A stretch of 64,000 nucleotides of DNA from Chloroflexota bacterium. Its GTDB lineage: Bacteria > Chloroflexota > UBA11872 > VXNJ01. Location of the stretch: positions 92,524 to 156,523 of the forward strand of contig OZ242304.1 of the NCBI GenBank assembly GCA_965207915.1, read 5' to 3'. The notes below the pieces were generated by a model. That model was given only the letters and a program-made list of their open reading frames with translations. It was not told the origin of the DNA and ran no database searches. The stretch's first letter is position 1; each line of letters opens with the position of its first letter. Below, piece after piece: positions 35,463-45,800 of this stretch. Made by a program: the position numbers and the translations under genes.

Positions 35463-36818
35463 TCACCCCGCCGTAGGTTCCTCGCCCGGGGCGCCGGGGT
35501 CGAACTCCGTGAGGGACCTGGACGGAGCGTCGCGCTCGGTCGGCTCGTAGAACTCCGCGTCCCGCAACGCGTCGGGGAGGTGCTGCTGGGGAGCTATGGC
35601 GCCGCCGAAATCGTGCGCGTACAGGTAGCCGCGGCCGTAGCCGTGCTCGGCCATCAAGCCGGTCGCAGCGTTCCGCAGGTGCAGCGGAACCGGGATCGCG
35701 CCCAGATCGCGGACCGAACTGGCCGCCGCCGAGTACGCCTTCATCGCCGAATTGCTCTTTGGGGCTCGGGCCAGGTAGATCGCGGCCTCGGAGAGCACCA
35801 GCGAGCATTCGGGCATCCCGATCAGGTGCGTCGCCTGCTGGGCGGCTACCGCGATCGGCAATGCCTGCGGGTCGGCCAGGCCGACGTCCTCGGCGGCCAG
35901 GATGACGATTCGGCGGGCCACGAACATCGGGTCTTCGCCGGCTTCGAGCATGCGGGCCAGCCAGTAGACCGCCGCCTGGGGGTCGGATCCGCGGACCGAC
36001 TTGATGAACGCCGAGATGGTGTCGTAGTGGGCGTCGCCGCCCTTGTCATGGGGAAGGGCCCGCTGCACGACCGCCTTGATGGTTTCGCGGTCCACCTTGC
36101 TGCCGCGGGCCGCGGCATCTTGGACGGCGACCTCGAGCGCGTTCAGAGCAACCCGCGCGTCGCCCGCGCCAATCGCGGCCAGCGCCTCGATCGCCCCGTC
36201 CTCGACGTGCGGGGGCTCGGACCCCAGACCGCGGCTGCCGTCTTCAATCGCCCGGCGCAGCAATTCCTCGATTTCGGTAAGTCCGAGCGGCTCCAGCTTC
36301 AACACCCGGGCGCGGCTGAGCAGCGGCGCGATCACCTCGAACGAAGGGTTCTCGGTGGTGGCTCCGATAAGGGTGATCGTTCCCTCTTCGACGGCCGGCA
36401 GCACCGCGTCCTGCTGGGCCTTGTTGAATCGATGGATTTCGTCGATGAAAAGCAACGTCTGGGTCTTGAACATCCCGCGCTCGGCCTCGGCGCCGGCGAT
36501 GATCTTGCGCAGGTCGGCAACTCCGCCGGAAACGGCCGAGAGCGTGGCGAAACGTGCATCGCTGTGGCGGGCGATCGCCCGGGCGATCGAGGTTTTGCCG
36601 CTGCCCGGCGGCCCCCAGAGGATGCAGGAGGGCAGCTTTCCGGCCTCGACGGCACGACGCAGGGGGGCGTCGGGACCGACCAGGTGGTCCTGGCCGACCA
36701 CCTCGTCCAGGGTGCGGGGTCGCATTCGGGCGGCCAGTGGCGCCGAACGGTCGCTTTGGGGTGAGGTTTCGAACATTCCGCGCATCTTGGGGTCGGTTCC
36801 GGACCGCGATCTGGCCAT
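35463..36818 (-). CDS. rarA: replication-associated recombination protein A (AAA+ ATPase)
   Basis: PLAARMRPRTLDEVVGQDHL, Walker A GPPGSGKTS, Walker B LLFIDEIHRFNK, and a MgsA C-terminal domain. The start may be one of the internal Met codons (MRGMFE). Confidence 0.9.
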   Translation of the reverse strand: MARSRSGTDPKMRGMFETSPQSDRSAPLAARMRPRTLDEVVGQDHLVGPDAPLRRAVEAGKLPSCILWGPPGSGKTSIARAIARHSDARFATLSAVSGGVADLRKIIAGAEAERGMFKTQTLLFIDEIHRFNKAQQDAVLPAVEEGTITLIGATTENPSFEVIAPLLSRARVLKLEPLGLTEIEELLRRAIEDGSRGLGSEPPHVEDGAIEALAAIGAGDARVALNALEVAVQDAAARGSKVDRETIKAVVQRALPHDKGGDAHYDTISAFIKSVRGSDPQAAVYWLARMLEAGEDPMFVARRIVILAAEDVGLADPQALPIAVAAQQATHLIGMPECSLVLSEAAIYLARAPKSNSAMKAYSAAASSVRDLGAIPVPLHLRNAATGLMAEHGYGRGYLYAHDFGGAIAPQQHLPDALRDAEFYEPTERDAPSRSLTEFDPGAPGEEPTAG

Positions 36819-36987
36819 GGGTCAGGATAGTGCCCGCGACCGGATATCGGGCCGGTTGCCGGTCCCCGGGGCCGGAATCAGGATGCGCCAACGGCGCCTC
36901 CAGCGATGTCCGGGCAGGCAATACACTGAGAATTCGTGTACCGGTCCGGTCAGACCCGGCGGACAGCAGCGGATGGAGATTGACTAC

Positions 36988-37725
36988 ATGCGGCTCAGTG
37001 GCAAATCGGTGATCGTGACCGGCGCGGGTCGCGGCATCGGGCGCGCGATTGCCATCGCGTATGCGCGCGAGGGCGCCGGTGTCTGCCTGGCGGCCAGAAC
37101 CGAATCGCAGATTCGATTGGTGGCCGAAGAGATCGAAGCTGCAGGCGGTCGGGCAATCGCTGTCCCGACCGACGTGGCCGATTGGGACTCGGTCCAAGCG
37201 ATGGTGGGGGGTGCGGTGAACGCGTTCGGCGGCCTGGACATTGCGGTGCTCAACGCCGGGGTGTTGCTGGACGGCGGCCGCACGCTGGAAGAGAGCGTGA
37301 TCGACGACTGGCGCCGAACGATCGAAGTCAACCTCATCGGCGCCTACCTCTGCGCCAAAGCCGTCATCCCGCCGTTGAAGGCGCGCGGACAGGGCAAGAT
37401 CATCATCACCGGTTCCGGCAACGGCCACCACGGCCGGGTGCGGGGTTCGTCTTACGGGGCTTCGAAAGCGGGACTATGGATGGTCACGCGGATTCTGTCC
37501 GAGGAATTGCTGGAAGACAGGATCGACGTAAACGAGATCGTGCCCGGACCGGTTTACACCGAGTTGGCCCGCGAGCTGGTGTCAGATCCGGCAACGCGTT
37601 TCGCCGCATCCGGCGAGTGGGCCAAGCAACCCGAAGAACTGGTGGACGTGGCCATGTTTCTGGCCACCCAGCCCAGTCCGGGCCCGACCGGCCAGTCGTT
37701 CAGCCTGCTGCGACGCCCGCTGTAG
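36988..37725 (+). CDS. SDR family oxidoreductase
   Basis: Only the 3-prime part of the 560-aa track ORF is real: MRLSGKSVIVTGAGRGIGRA, NAGV, YGASKAG. The 5-prime part is antisense to rarA. Confidence 0.85.
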   Translation: MRLSGKSVIVTGAGRGIGRAIAIAYAREGAGVCLAARTESQIRLVAEEIEAAGGRAIAVPTDVADWDSVQAMVGGAVNAFGGLDIAVLNAGVLLDGGRTLEESVIDDWRRTIEVNLIGAYLCAKAVIPPLKARGQGKIIITGSGNGHHGRVRGSSYGASKAGLWMVTRILSEELLEDRIDVNEIVPGPVYTELARELVSDPATRFAASGEWAKQPEELVDVAMFLATQPSPGPTGQSFSLLRRPL

Positions 37726-37766
37726 CGGCGGCCAAACTCTTGTGCGAAGCGACCCCGGGGTCCGCC

Positions 37767-39518
37767 TTAGGCACCCCCGTGAAGATCCTCGCCGCGCAAC
37801 AGCCGGGCGGCAATCTCGTAAGTCTGCCCGAGTGACCTCACCGTCGGCGAGTGGGCCGAAAGGTAACGGGCGGCGGCGATGAGGAAGTGGCCGGCGCAGG
37901 CGCTCGCGGCGAACTGGCGGTACTGGCGCACCGCGGCCTCGTACATCTGGAAAGAATGGAATCCGGCATCCTCGCGCAATAGCGCGTGACCCAGCACCGC
38001 AACCACCTCGTCGGCCCGTCCGGCGGCGATCATGTCGGCGACGACCTGGCCGGCGACGTCTACGTGGCCCTGGGCGTCAAACGCCGCCAGCAGGTCAACC
38101 CCCGACGCCGGGCCCGTCCCGGGAACCGGAACCGCCTGCTTGGGCACGTTCAGGAACCGGTCCAGGTGCACCGACATCGCGCCGTCGAATATCCCGCGCG
38201 CCAGCAGGTTCGAAGGCGCGCGGCGCAGCGCCTGGTCGACCGCGTTGGCGTAGGTGAAGGTGTGCAGGACCGTTTCCCAGTCGCCGAATTCGTTGCTGGT
38301 GCCGAAATGGATCAATCGCCGGGCGGCCGCGTAGGCGACCGACGCTGAAAGGTCGGTCAGGGCAACTCCTTCGCCTACCAGGCGGCAGAGTTCGTCCAGG
38401 ACGGTCCGCGGTTCGCCGTCCAGCATCAGATCGGCCAGCTCCTGGTGTCCGTCCCAGCGCCCCCGCCGGCCGTTGGCGTCGAATCTGCTTGCAATGAGTC
38501 CATCAAGTTGCTCGTGCACGGCAAATAGCATCCCGGCCAGGTCGGCCGGCATGCGCCAGCTGGCGTTTTCCTCCATGCGGGCGGCGTTTACCAGGTTTCC
38601 GCCGGGCACCAGCGCCGGGAGGATCTCGCCGGCTTCATCCCAGCCAACATGGTCGAGCAGCTCGAACGACTTGTTGGCAAAGTCCAAAGTGTGGCCTCCG
38701 CCCATGTAGAGGTGATCGGTACAGGCGGCGGTGACGATGCCGGCGAGTACCTCAGGTTCGAATCCCAGATAGGCGGCGGTGCGAATGACCCGTTCGGCGG
38801 CATTGGCCGATCGCAGGTCTACGAACCGGCGGAACCAATCCAGGTACCGATCCGCACTGCGCTCGCTGGTCTGAAGCGGGTCGAGGTAGAAGTTCGGTGC
38901 CTGGTCGGTGGTGTCAGAAGCCACCGCCACGACACCGTGATACAGGGCCAGCGGACGATCTTCGCCGGACAATTCGGGAAGCACATTCGCCATTGCCGCC
39001 AGGATGGTGAGTCCCGGCGACCAGCCATCCGAACGGTTGCGGATGCCGAACTTGGCCGTGCGGGAAACGACGTCGGCGGATGCATCCACGCTGCAAAGTC
39101 CGATCACCGATTTGGCCAGGACCAGGCGGATGTTCTGCTCCAGCCCCTCCGAGAGCTTGCCTGCCCAGCGGCCGCGCTGGTCGGTCTCAATTGGCTCCGG
39201 ATCCAGCCACACCGAATCGTCCTCTACCCTGGTCCGGAACGGCGTGACGTCGTCGGCGAACGGGTCGAAGGTGCAGCCGCCGGCCAGATCGAACTTGGCA
39301 TGATGCCAGTGGCAGGTCAGGATCCCGTCGCTGACCGTGCCGCGGGACAGCGGGAAGCCCATGTGGGGGCAACGGTTGTCGACCGCGTACACGGTCCCCT
39401 CCGACTCCAGCACCAGGACGGTGCGCCCGTTGGCCGCGACCACCCGGCTCCCTTCGCGCCGCAACTCGCTTAACGGGCAGACTCGGATCCAGCCTGCCTC
39501 ATCCTGCATATTTCGCAT
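37767..39518 (-). CDS. Rieske [2Fe-2S] domain protein fused to a large uncharacterised C-terminal domain
   Basis: CPH-x16-CHWH Rieske motif at aa 50-72 (nt 39303-39371). About 470 further residues carry no motif I can place. ATG 39518 preceded by GGAAGG. Confidence 0.75.
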   Translation of the reverse strand: MRNMQDEAGWIRVCPLSELRREGSRVVAANGRTVLVLESEGTVYAVDNRCPHMGFPLSRGTVSDGILTCHWHHAKFDLAGGCTFDPFADDVTPFRTRVEDDSVWLDPEPIETDQRGRWAGKLSEGLEQNIRLVLAKSVIGLCSVDASADVVSRTAKFGIRNRSDGWSPGLTILAAMANVLPELSGEDRPLALYHGVVAVASDTTDQAPNFYLDPLQTSERSADRYLDWFRRFVDLRSANAAERVIRTAAYLGFEPEVLAGIVTAACTDHLYMGGGHTLDFANKSFELLDHVGWDEAGEILPALVPGGNLVNAARMEENASWRMPADLAGMLFAVHEQLDGLIASRFDANGRRGRWDGHQELADLMLDGEPRTVLDELCRLVGEGVALTDLSASVAYAAARRLIHFGTSNEFGDWETVLHTFTYANAVDQALRRAPSNLLARGIFDGAMSVHLDRFLNVPKQAVPVPGTGPASGVDLLAAFDAQGHVDVAGQVVADMIAAGRADEVVAVLGHALLREDAGFHSFQMYEAAVRQYRQFAASACAGHFLIAAARYLSAHSPTVRSLGQTYEIAARLLRGEDLHGGA

Positions 39519-39688
39519 CGCCGATCGCCTTCCCGCTCCCTTGGAGCGCTGGCGCGCCTACCGGCCGTCGGTTGTATTGTTTGGCCGGCGCGCTCGCTCC
39601 GCTAGCCGTCTTGCCCCTCTGGTTCTTTATACGGGAACCCTCTATGTCCGGTTGCCAGGGACAGCCGGCAGGTTGGTGGGCCAGGACC

Positions 39689-40636
39689 CTAGTAAGAAAT
39701 CTCGTACCCGAGAAGTTTCGAATTGATGAGAGTGATGACCCCGATGACCAAGAACAGCAGGAAGGACAACGCCGCCGCAAAACCCATGCGCAGGTTGGTG
39801 AAAGCTTCCTCGTATATGAGCAGCACGATGGTTACGGTCGAATCTATCGGCCCGCCACAGCCGGTTGAGGGGTTCGGGCAGGCCATGATGAACACCTGCA
39901 CGAACATCTGCAGTGCCCCGATGAAGTAGACGATGACCACGAAGTAGGTGGTGGGGGCCAGCAGCGGGATCGTGATCCGGAACAGCTGGGAAATCCTTCC
40001 CGCCCCGTCGATCTCGGCCGCCTCGTAGAGGTGGGGAGGGATGCCCTGCAGGCCGGCCAGGTAGATGACCATGTTCAGGCCCATGTTCTTCCAGATGCTC
40101 ATGATGATGATGGCCAGCATGGCGGTCTCTGGTCCGCGCAGCCACTTCGAGGTCGGCAGGTCGAATGCCCGCAATACTTCGTTGGCCAGCCCGAACTGGG
40201 GTTCATACATCCAGAGCCAGATCAGCGAGACAGATACGAAGGACGAGACGACGGGCATGTAGAACATGGCCCGGAAGAAGTAGATCCCGCGGACCGCGCG
40301 ATTGACCAGCACCGCCAATAACAGCGACGTGATGACTCCGGCCGGTACGGTCCCGAACGCGAAGTAGACGGTGTTGCGGATCGCGGGAAACAGGCGCGGT
40401 TCCTTGGCCAGCAACCGGTAGTTCTTCAAGCCCTCGAATTCGGGCGCGGTCAGCAAGTCGTAGTCGTTGAAGGAGTAGTAGAACGCCCCGACGATCGGAA
40501 CGATGACGAACACGCTGATGAAAATGATCGACGGAAGAACGAAAAGATAAGAGGTGGGCCCGCCACGGTAGGTCAATCCCAATCTCCGGCGCAGATTCGT
40601 CTGCCAGGAGCTTTGAACCGTACCCGCCGTTTGCAT
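39689..40636 (-). CDS. carbohydrate-type ABC transporter permease (MalF/UgpA-type), copy 1
   Basis: YLFVLPSIIFISVFVIVPIVGAFYYSFNDY N-terminus and EAA loop LYEAAEIDGAGRISQLFRITIPLL. Start ATG 40636 with GGAGGG 6 nt upstream. Confidence 0.85.
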   Translation of the reverse strand: MQTAGTVQSSWQTNLRRRLGLTYRGGPTSYLFVLPSIIFISVFVIVPIVGAFYYSFNDYDLLTAPEFEGLKNYRLLAKEPRLFPAIRNTVYFAFGTVPAGVITSLLLAVLVNRAVRGIYFFRAMFYMPVVSSFVSVSLIWLWMYEPQFGLANEVLRAFDLPTSKWLRGPETAMLAIIIMSIWKNMGLNMVIYLAGLQGIPPHLYEAAEIDGAGRISQLFRITIPLLAPTTYFVVIVYFIGALQMFVQVFIMACPNPSTGCGGPIDSTVTIVLLIYEEAFTNLRMGFAAALSFLLFLVIGVITLINSKLLGYEISY

Positions 40637-40872
40637 CTGCGCCCTCCGCCCGCCTGCCTGCACTACTGACGGTTGACCTAGAAAACCGCGTTGGCCTAAA
40701 AGGTTAAGTGCTGTCCAAATCGAGTTGGTCTCAGTTTACGGAGACCAATCCTCTGCCGCACCCGATCCTTCGCCGACGATCTCGTCAGTCCGCTCCACTC
40801 ACCCTCCGGGTGTTACATAGGGGTATACGAGATTTCCGGATCCCGGAGCCGACCGGCTGGCGGGCAATCGCC

Positions 40873-41823
40873 CTAGTAGGAAATCTCGTACTCGAGCAGT
40901 TTCGAATTGATCAGGGTGATGATCCCGATAACCACGAACAGCAGGAACGAGAGCGCGGCCGCAAATCCCATGCGCAGGTTCGTGAATGCTTCCTCGTAGA
41001 TGAGCAGCACGATGGTTACGGTCGAATCCACCGGTCCGCCGCAACCGGCGGTGGCGTCCTGGCAGGCCATGATGAACACCTGCACGAACATCTGCAGGGC
41101 CCCGATGAAGTAGACGATGACCACGAAATATGTTGTGGGGGCCAGCAGCGGGATTGTGATCCGGAATAGCTTCGAGATCCTTCCCGCACCGTCGATTTCG
41201 GCCGCCTCGTAGAGGTGCGGTGGTATGCCCTGCAGGCCCGCCAGGTAGATGACCATATTCAGGCCCATGTTCTTCCAGATGCTCATGATGATGATGGCCA
41301 GCAGGGCGGTTTCGGGCCCGCGCAGCCACTTCGAGGTCGGCAGGTCGACGGCTTTGAGGAATTCGTTGGCCAGCCCGAACTGGGGCTCGTACATCCAGAG
41401 CCAAATAAGGGAGACGGAAACGAATGACGAGACCACCGGCATGTAGAACATGGCCCGGAAGAAGTAGATGCCGCGGATGGCGCGATTGACCAACACCGCC
41501 AGAAGCAGCGACGTTATCACCCCGGCCGGAACGGTCCCGAAGGCGAAGAAGACGGTGTTGCGAATCGCGGGAAACAGGCGCGGCTCCTTGCCGAGCAGCC
41601 GGTAGTTCTTCAATCCCTCGAATTCGGGCGCGGTCAGCAAGTCGTAGTCGTTGAATGAGTAGTAGAACGCCCCGATGATCGGAACGATGACGAACACGCT
41701 GATGAACAGGATCGACGGCAGGACGAATAGGTAGGAAGTGGCCCCGCCGCGATAGGTAAGGCCCAAGCGGCGGCGCAATTCTGCCAGCCAGGGACTTTTG
41801 TAGGTATCTGCAGTCTGCATCAT
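40873..41823 (-). CDS. carbohydrate-type ABC transporter permease (MalF/UgpA-type), copy 2
   Basis: Same architecture as copy 1. By manual alignment there are 20 substitutions and no indels over the 300 C-terminal residues. Confidence 0.85.
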   Translation of the reverse strand: MMQTADTYKSPWLAELRRRLGLTYRGGATSYLFVLPSILFISVFVIVPIIGAFYYSFNDYDLLTAPEFEGLKNYRLLGKEPRLFPAIRNTVFFAFGTVPAGVITSLLLAVLVNRAIRGIYFFRAMFYMPVVSSFVSVSLIWLWMYEPQFGLANEFLKAVDLPTSKWLRGPETALLAIIIMSIWKNMGLNMVIYLAGLQGIPPHLYEAAEIDGAGRISKLFRITIPLLAPTTYFVVIVYFIGALQMFVQVFIMACQDATAGCGGPVDSTVTIVLLIYEEAFTNLRMGFAAALSFLLFVVIGIITLINSKLLEYEISY

Positions 41824-41954
41824 CAGCTTCCGATCCGGCCGGAGCCAGCGGGGTCAAGCGCAGCGGGTTAATTGCCCTGTCTGCGACGATGGCGGTCAAA
41901 AGGCGACGCGTTCGAGTTGATGGCAGTCTAAGTTGGCCGCCCGACGCTTTTTGG

Positions 41955-42773
41955 CTAGTAGAAGACCGCGCTCCCGATGCCCCCGCCGGCCGAAATAACC
42001 TCCCCGGTAATCGCCGCGGCCTTGTCCGAGGCCAGGAACGCGGCAAGATAGCCCACTTCGTCGGCTTCGATCATCCGGCCGACGGCGTTGCCTGACGCGG
42101 CGCCCGGGGCGAACTGGCGCCGTTCCAATTCCTCCGGCGAAATACCAAGATCGCGGGCCTGGGCGGCCTGCATCCCGGGCGTTCGCTCGGTGCGAGTTGC
42201 GCCGGGATGGATGCAGTTGACGGTTATGCCGTGTGGGCCCAGGTCGATTGACAAGGTCTTCGTCTGGTGAACGAGAGCGACATTGCGCGCCCCTCCGCTG
42301 AGATTGCCGGCATTCCGCGCGTTCCCTCCGGAGATGTTGATGATGCGTCCCCAGCCGGCGTTTTTCAGATACGGGATCGCGGCCCGGCTCAGCCGGAGGG
42401 CCCCGACGTACTTGACGTCGAAGTCGCTGAGCAGGGATTCCTCGTTCACGGTTTCGATGTAACCGATCGCGTCGGCCGCCCCGCCGGGGTGCGACGCGCT
42501 GTTTACCAAGATATGCAGTCCGCCCAGGCGCTCGGCGGCCGCGTCGACGGTTCGGTTCACCTGCTCGGTGCTGAGGGCATCCATGACCATGGGAATCACC
42601 GTTGCCCCGGTTTGCCCCGAAATCTCGCGCGCCGAGTCCTCCACCTGACTGCTGGTGCGGGCCGCGATCGCCACGTCGCATCCCTCGCCGGCCAGCGCGC
42701 GCGCGATCGCCTTGCCGATGCCGCGCCCGCCGCCGGCCACCAGGGCATTTCGACCAGTTAGTCCAAAATCCAT
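41955..42773 (-). CDS. SDR family oxidoreductase
   Basis: ALVAGGGRGIGKAIA, NSAS, and an Y..K-type active-site region. Start at MDFGLTG (42773). Confidence 0.85.
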   Translation of the reverse strand: MDFGLTGRNALVAGGGRGIGKAIARALAGEGCDVAIAARTSSQVEDSAREISGQTGATVIPMVMDALSTEQVNRTVDAAAERLGGLHILVNSASHPGGAADAIGYIETVNEESLLSDFDVKYVGALRLSRAAIPYLKNAGWGRIINISGGNARNAGNLSGGARNVALVHQTKTLSIDLGPHGITVNCIHPGATRTERTPGMQAAQARDLGISPEELERRQFAPGAASGNAVGRMIEADEVGYLAAFLASDKAAAITGEVISAGGGIGSAVFY

Positions 42774-42898
42774 GTCAGTCTCCGGCTGATTTAGGTTGGG
42801 AACGGCGCCGACCGGAGCGCAAGCTTTTAGCCGGTTCCGCCGCAGTTTTCTAGTATCGGGACCACTCAAAAACGTCTCCGCCGAACAGCCTTAACGGG

Positions 42899-45800
42899 CT
42901 AATCGACCGGCCCCAGCAGGGCAGCGTCCGACCATTCGCCGATTTCGTTTCCACTGACTGTCCGGACCTGGAATGCGTACGCAAGCCCCGGTTCCAGCCC
43001 AGATATCACCTGGACGGTTTCGAGGTCGTTGCGGGCCCGCCCGGCAAACGTCCAGTAGAAATCGGCCAACCCGGCGGCGCCGGCGAATATGTACCTGACG
43101 TGGTAACCCGTAATCGGCGGCCCATCCGGGTCTTGCGGAGCACCCCAACGCAGCAGCGCCGAATCAGCCGAACGGGCGGCCGACGTGATGGCGGATGCGC
43201 CGGGCGGTCCCGAAGCGCGCACGATCACGAAGACGTAGTCTCGGTGCCGGGTTCCATCGGCAGCGGTAATCCGGGCGATCAGGATGTTGGGGCCGATCCG
43301 CAGCGGGATATTTCCGCTGTCGGGCAGCGGTTGCCGGTTCCCGTCCGGACCCAGCAACGCCAGCAGCTGGTGGGTTGCGGCCGGATCGGTGGGGATGGGC
43401 GCAAACTCTATCGACTCGGTCTCGGTCGCGACCTGTCGGCGCAGAACGTTGCGGTCGGCCGGCAGCGACGATATCGACCCGGAGAACGCCACCGAGTGCA
43501 GCCCGGCATCCCCGGGCCGGGCGCGTTCTATCCAGAGCGTGTAGGTCTGCAGGAACGTCCGGCTTCTTACCCGCACCCGCAGGATTTTTGGCTGGGAATC
43601 TGCCGCAAGGTCGGCCAGGTCGAATTGAAATCCGGACAGCGTCGGGTCGGCGTCCTCCAGCTGCTCGAACCCGGCATCCAGGAACAGAACCCGGGACTCT
43701 GGTTCAAAGGCGGCGGCGTTGACCGTGATGCGGTCGATTGGCGGGTCTGCCGGTTGAATGCTCAGCCGGTACCTGGTGCGCTCCGGGTCGAACGTTGGAA
43801 CCAGCACCGCCGGCCCTGTTTCCAACCGCGTCAGGCCGATGTCGCAGTAGGGAAGGCCTAGTTCGGCAAAGTCGTGGAACCGGAGGGTGTTGTTGCGCAT
43901 GCCCGCCGGCACGCAACCGGTAAGCCGGTTGCCGGCAAGGCGCAGGATCTCCAACCGGTCCAGCCGCTGCAGCCGCCCGGGGATCTGGCCCACCAGCCTG
44001 TTCTCGGACAGGCCCAGCGCAACGAGTCCGGTCAGCTCGGCCAGTTCCTCGGGAATGGGGCCTTCGAAGCGGTTGCGGTCGAGCCCGAGCACCCGAAGTT
44101 GCGGCAACCGGGCCAGCTCGACCGGTACCGGTCCGGCAAACCGGTTCCCGGCCAGATCGAGTTCCAGCAGTTCGGTCAGCCCGGCCAATGACCCGGGTAT
44201 CGGCCCGCTCAGCGAATTGTCCGCGAGCAGCAAGCGCCGCATGTGCGCCAGGCCGGTGATGCTTTGCGGGAGGACCCCGTTGAGGCCGTTGCCGGCCAGG
44301 TCCAGTTCGATCACCCGGCCGGCCCGGTCGGTCTCCACCCCGTGCCAGTCCGCGAGCGGGACGGGAGATAACCAGCCGTCGGCTGCCCGCCAACCGGGAC
44401 CGCCGACGGCATGAAAGAGCTCGCCCAGAATGGCGCGCTCGTCGGGCAGGCGCTCGATGCTGATTTCCGCCGTCCCGACCGCGGAACGGTCGGGGGATAC
44501 CGTTCGGATCAGCGCCCGGTTCAAGCCCACCGCGAGCCGCAGGTGGGCGATGCCGCCCGCGTCGATTTCGAACGGGATTCCCGAGATACTTGCCGATGCG
44601 CCCGGATTGGCGGGCAGGGGGCGGATCGCCAGCGTTCGGGTCGCATGGCCAACCCGGTGCGCGATTTCCCGGTCGCCGACGATCGGCCGCTGATCGATCA
44701 GCACTCCGAAAAGCCCAGCGTCGTCAGGTCGCGGTCGGCCAACTTCGAAGCGGTATTCGGACGTTCGCTCCGGGGCTGACAGGCGGACCCGCAGACTGAA
44801 CGGGTACCCGCTGGATCCGGCATCCGGCAGCGCCATCTGGAATCCGTCCAGTGCGGGGTCGGCGTCGTCGAGAGGGATGCCGTCCCCGTCCAGGAATTCC
44901 AGTCGCCCGGCGCCCGGGAAGGCGACCGGGGTCAGGGTCAGCGGCGCCGGCGGTCCCTCGACCGGATCGGTCACGAACCGGTATTCGAAGCGGTCGCTCG
45001 CGAATCCGGGGGTCATCGCGCCGCCCCGGACAGTCAACTCGGCCAGGGCCACGTCGCAGGCGGGGAGGCTCAACTGGTCCAGATCCGTAAACCCGAGTTC
45101 CAGCGCCAGGGCCTCCGTCGGGACGCAGCCCGTGAACCGGTTGCCGGCCAGATAGAGCTCGAACAGTTCGGCGAGATTGCCTAATCCGGTTGGAAGAGGG
45201 CCGGTGAAGTTGTTGTTGGAGAGGTCCAGCGAGTACATGCGGACAAGCTCGCCGATTCCCGGCGGAATCTCGCCGCTCAGCGCATTGTGCTGCAGGTGGA
45301 GCCGGGTCAGGGCCTGCAGCCGATCAAGTCCCTGCGGCAGCGGCCCGGAAAGGTTGTTGCCGTTCGCCCGCAGGTCGGTCAATGCGGAAAGGTCGGCCAA
45401 AGTTTCCGGAAGCGGGCCGTTAAGGAGGTTGTGCTCAAGCCGCAGGCGCCGCAGGCGCTCGAGGCCTCCGATTTCGGTGGGAATCTCCCCGATGAACCGG
45501 TTGCGGGCAAGATTCAGATAGGTCAACTCGGTGAGTTCGGTCGCCCATTTCGGGATTGGGCCGGACAGCGAGTTGCTATCCAGTCGCAGAATCCGCAGCT
45601 GCCGCAAGTCGGCCAGAGCCGCCGGCAGCGGGCCGGAGAAACGGTTGGAATGTAGTTCCAGCTCGCGCAACCGGCCGAATTCCCCCAGGAGTTCAGGCAC
45701 CGGGCCGGCAAAAAGGTTTTCGCCCAGGTGCAGGCGCTCAAGGCCGGCAATGGCGACTAGCTCCTGCGGGATCTGCCCGGTAAGAAGGTTGCCGGAGAGC

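Larger units (their letters stand above)
39689..41823 (-). repeat. tandem gene duplication (unit about 1184 bp) of the permease gene
   Basis: The stop codons are 1184 bp apart. DNA similarity is visible across the whole CDS, with many synonymous differences, and continues in degenerate form for about 30 bp past the stop (..CCCTAGTA[A/G]GAAATCTCGTAC..). Confidence 0.85.

Noticed and set aside
35434-35464. Hairpin GATCACCG-15 nt-CGGTGATC between the ADH and rarA genes as a terminator.
   Set aside because: The 3-prime arm overlaps the rarA stop codon, the loop is long and there is no U-tract. The evidence is too weak.
36043-36987. The 5-prime two-thirds of the 560-aa ORF 36043..37725(+).
   Set aside because: This part is antisense to rarA and is low-complexity. 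Only the segment from MRLSGKSVIVTGAGRGIG (36988) onward is a genuine SDR.
40725-40748. Perfect hairpin TTGGTCTC-AGTTTACG-GAGACCAA in the AT-richer spacer between the two permease copies.
   Set aside because: The stem is short (8 bp) and neither strand has a following U-tract. It could be a weak terminator or an RNA processing site, but I cannot support a specific call.
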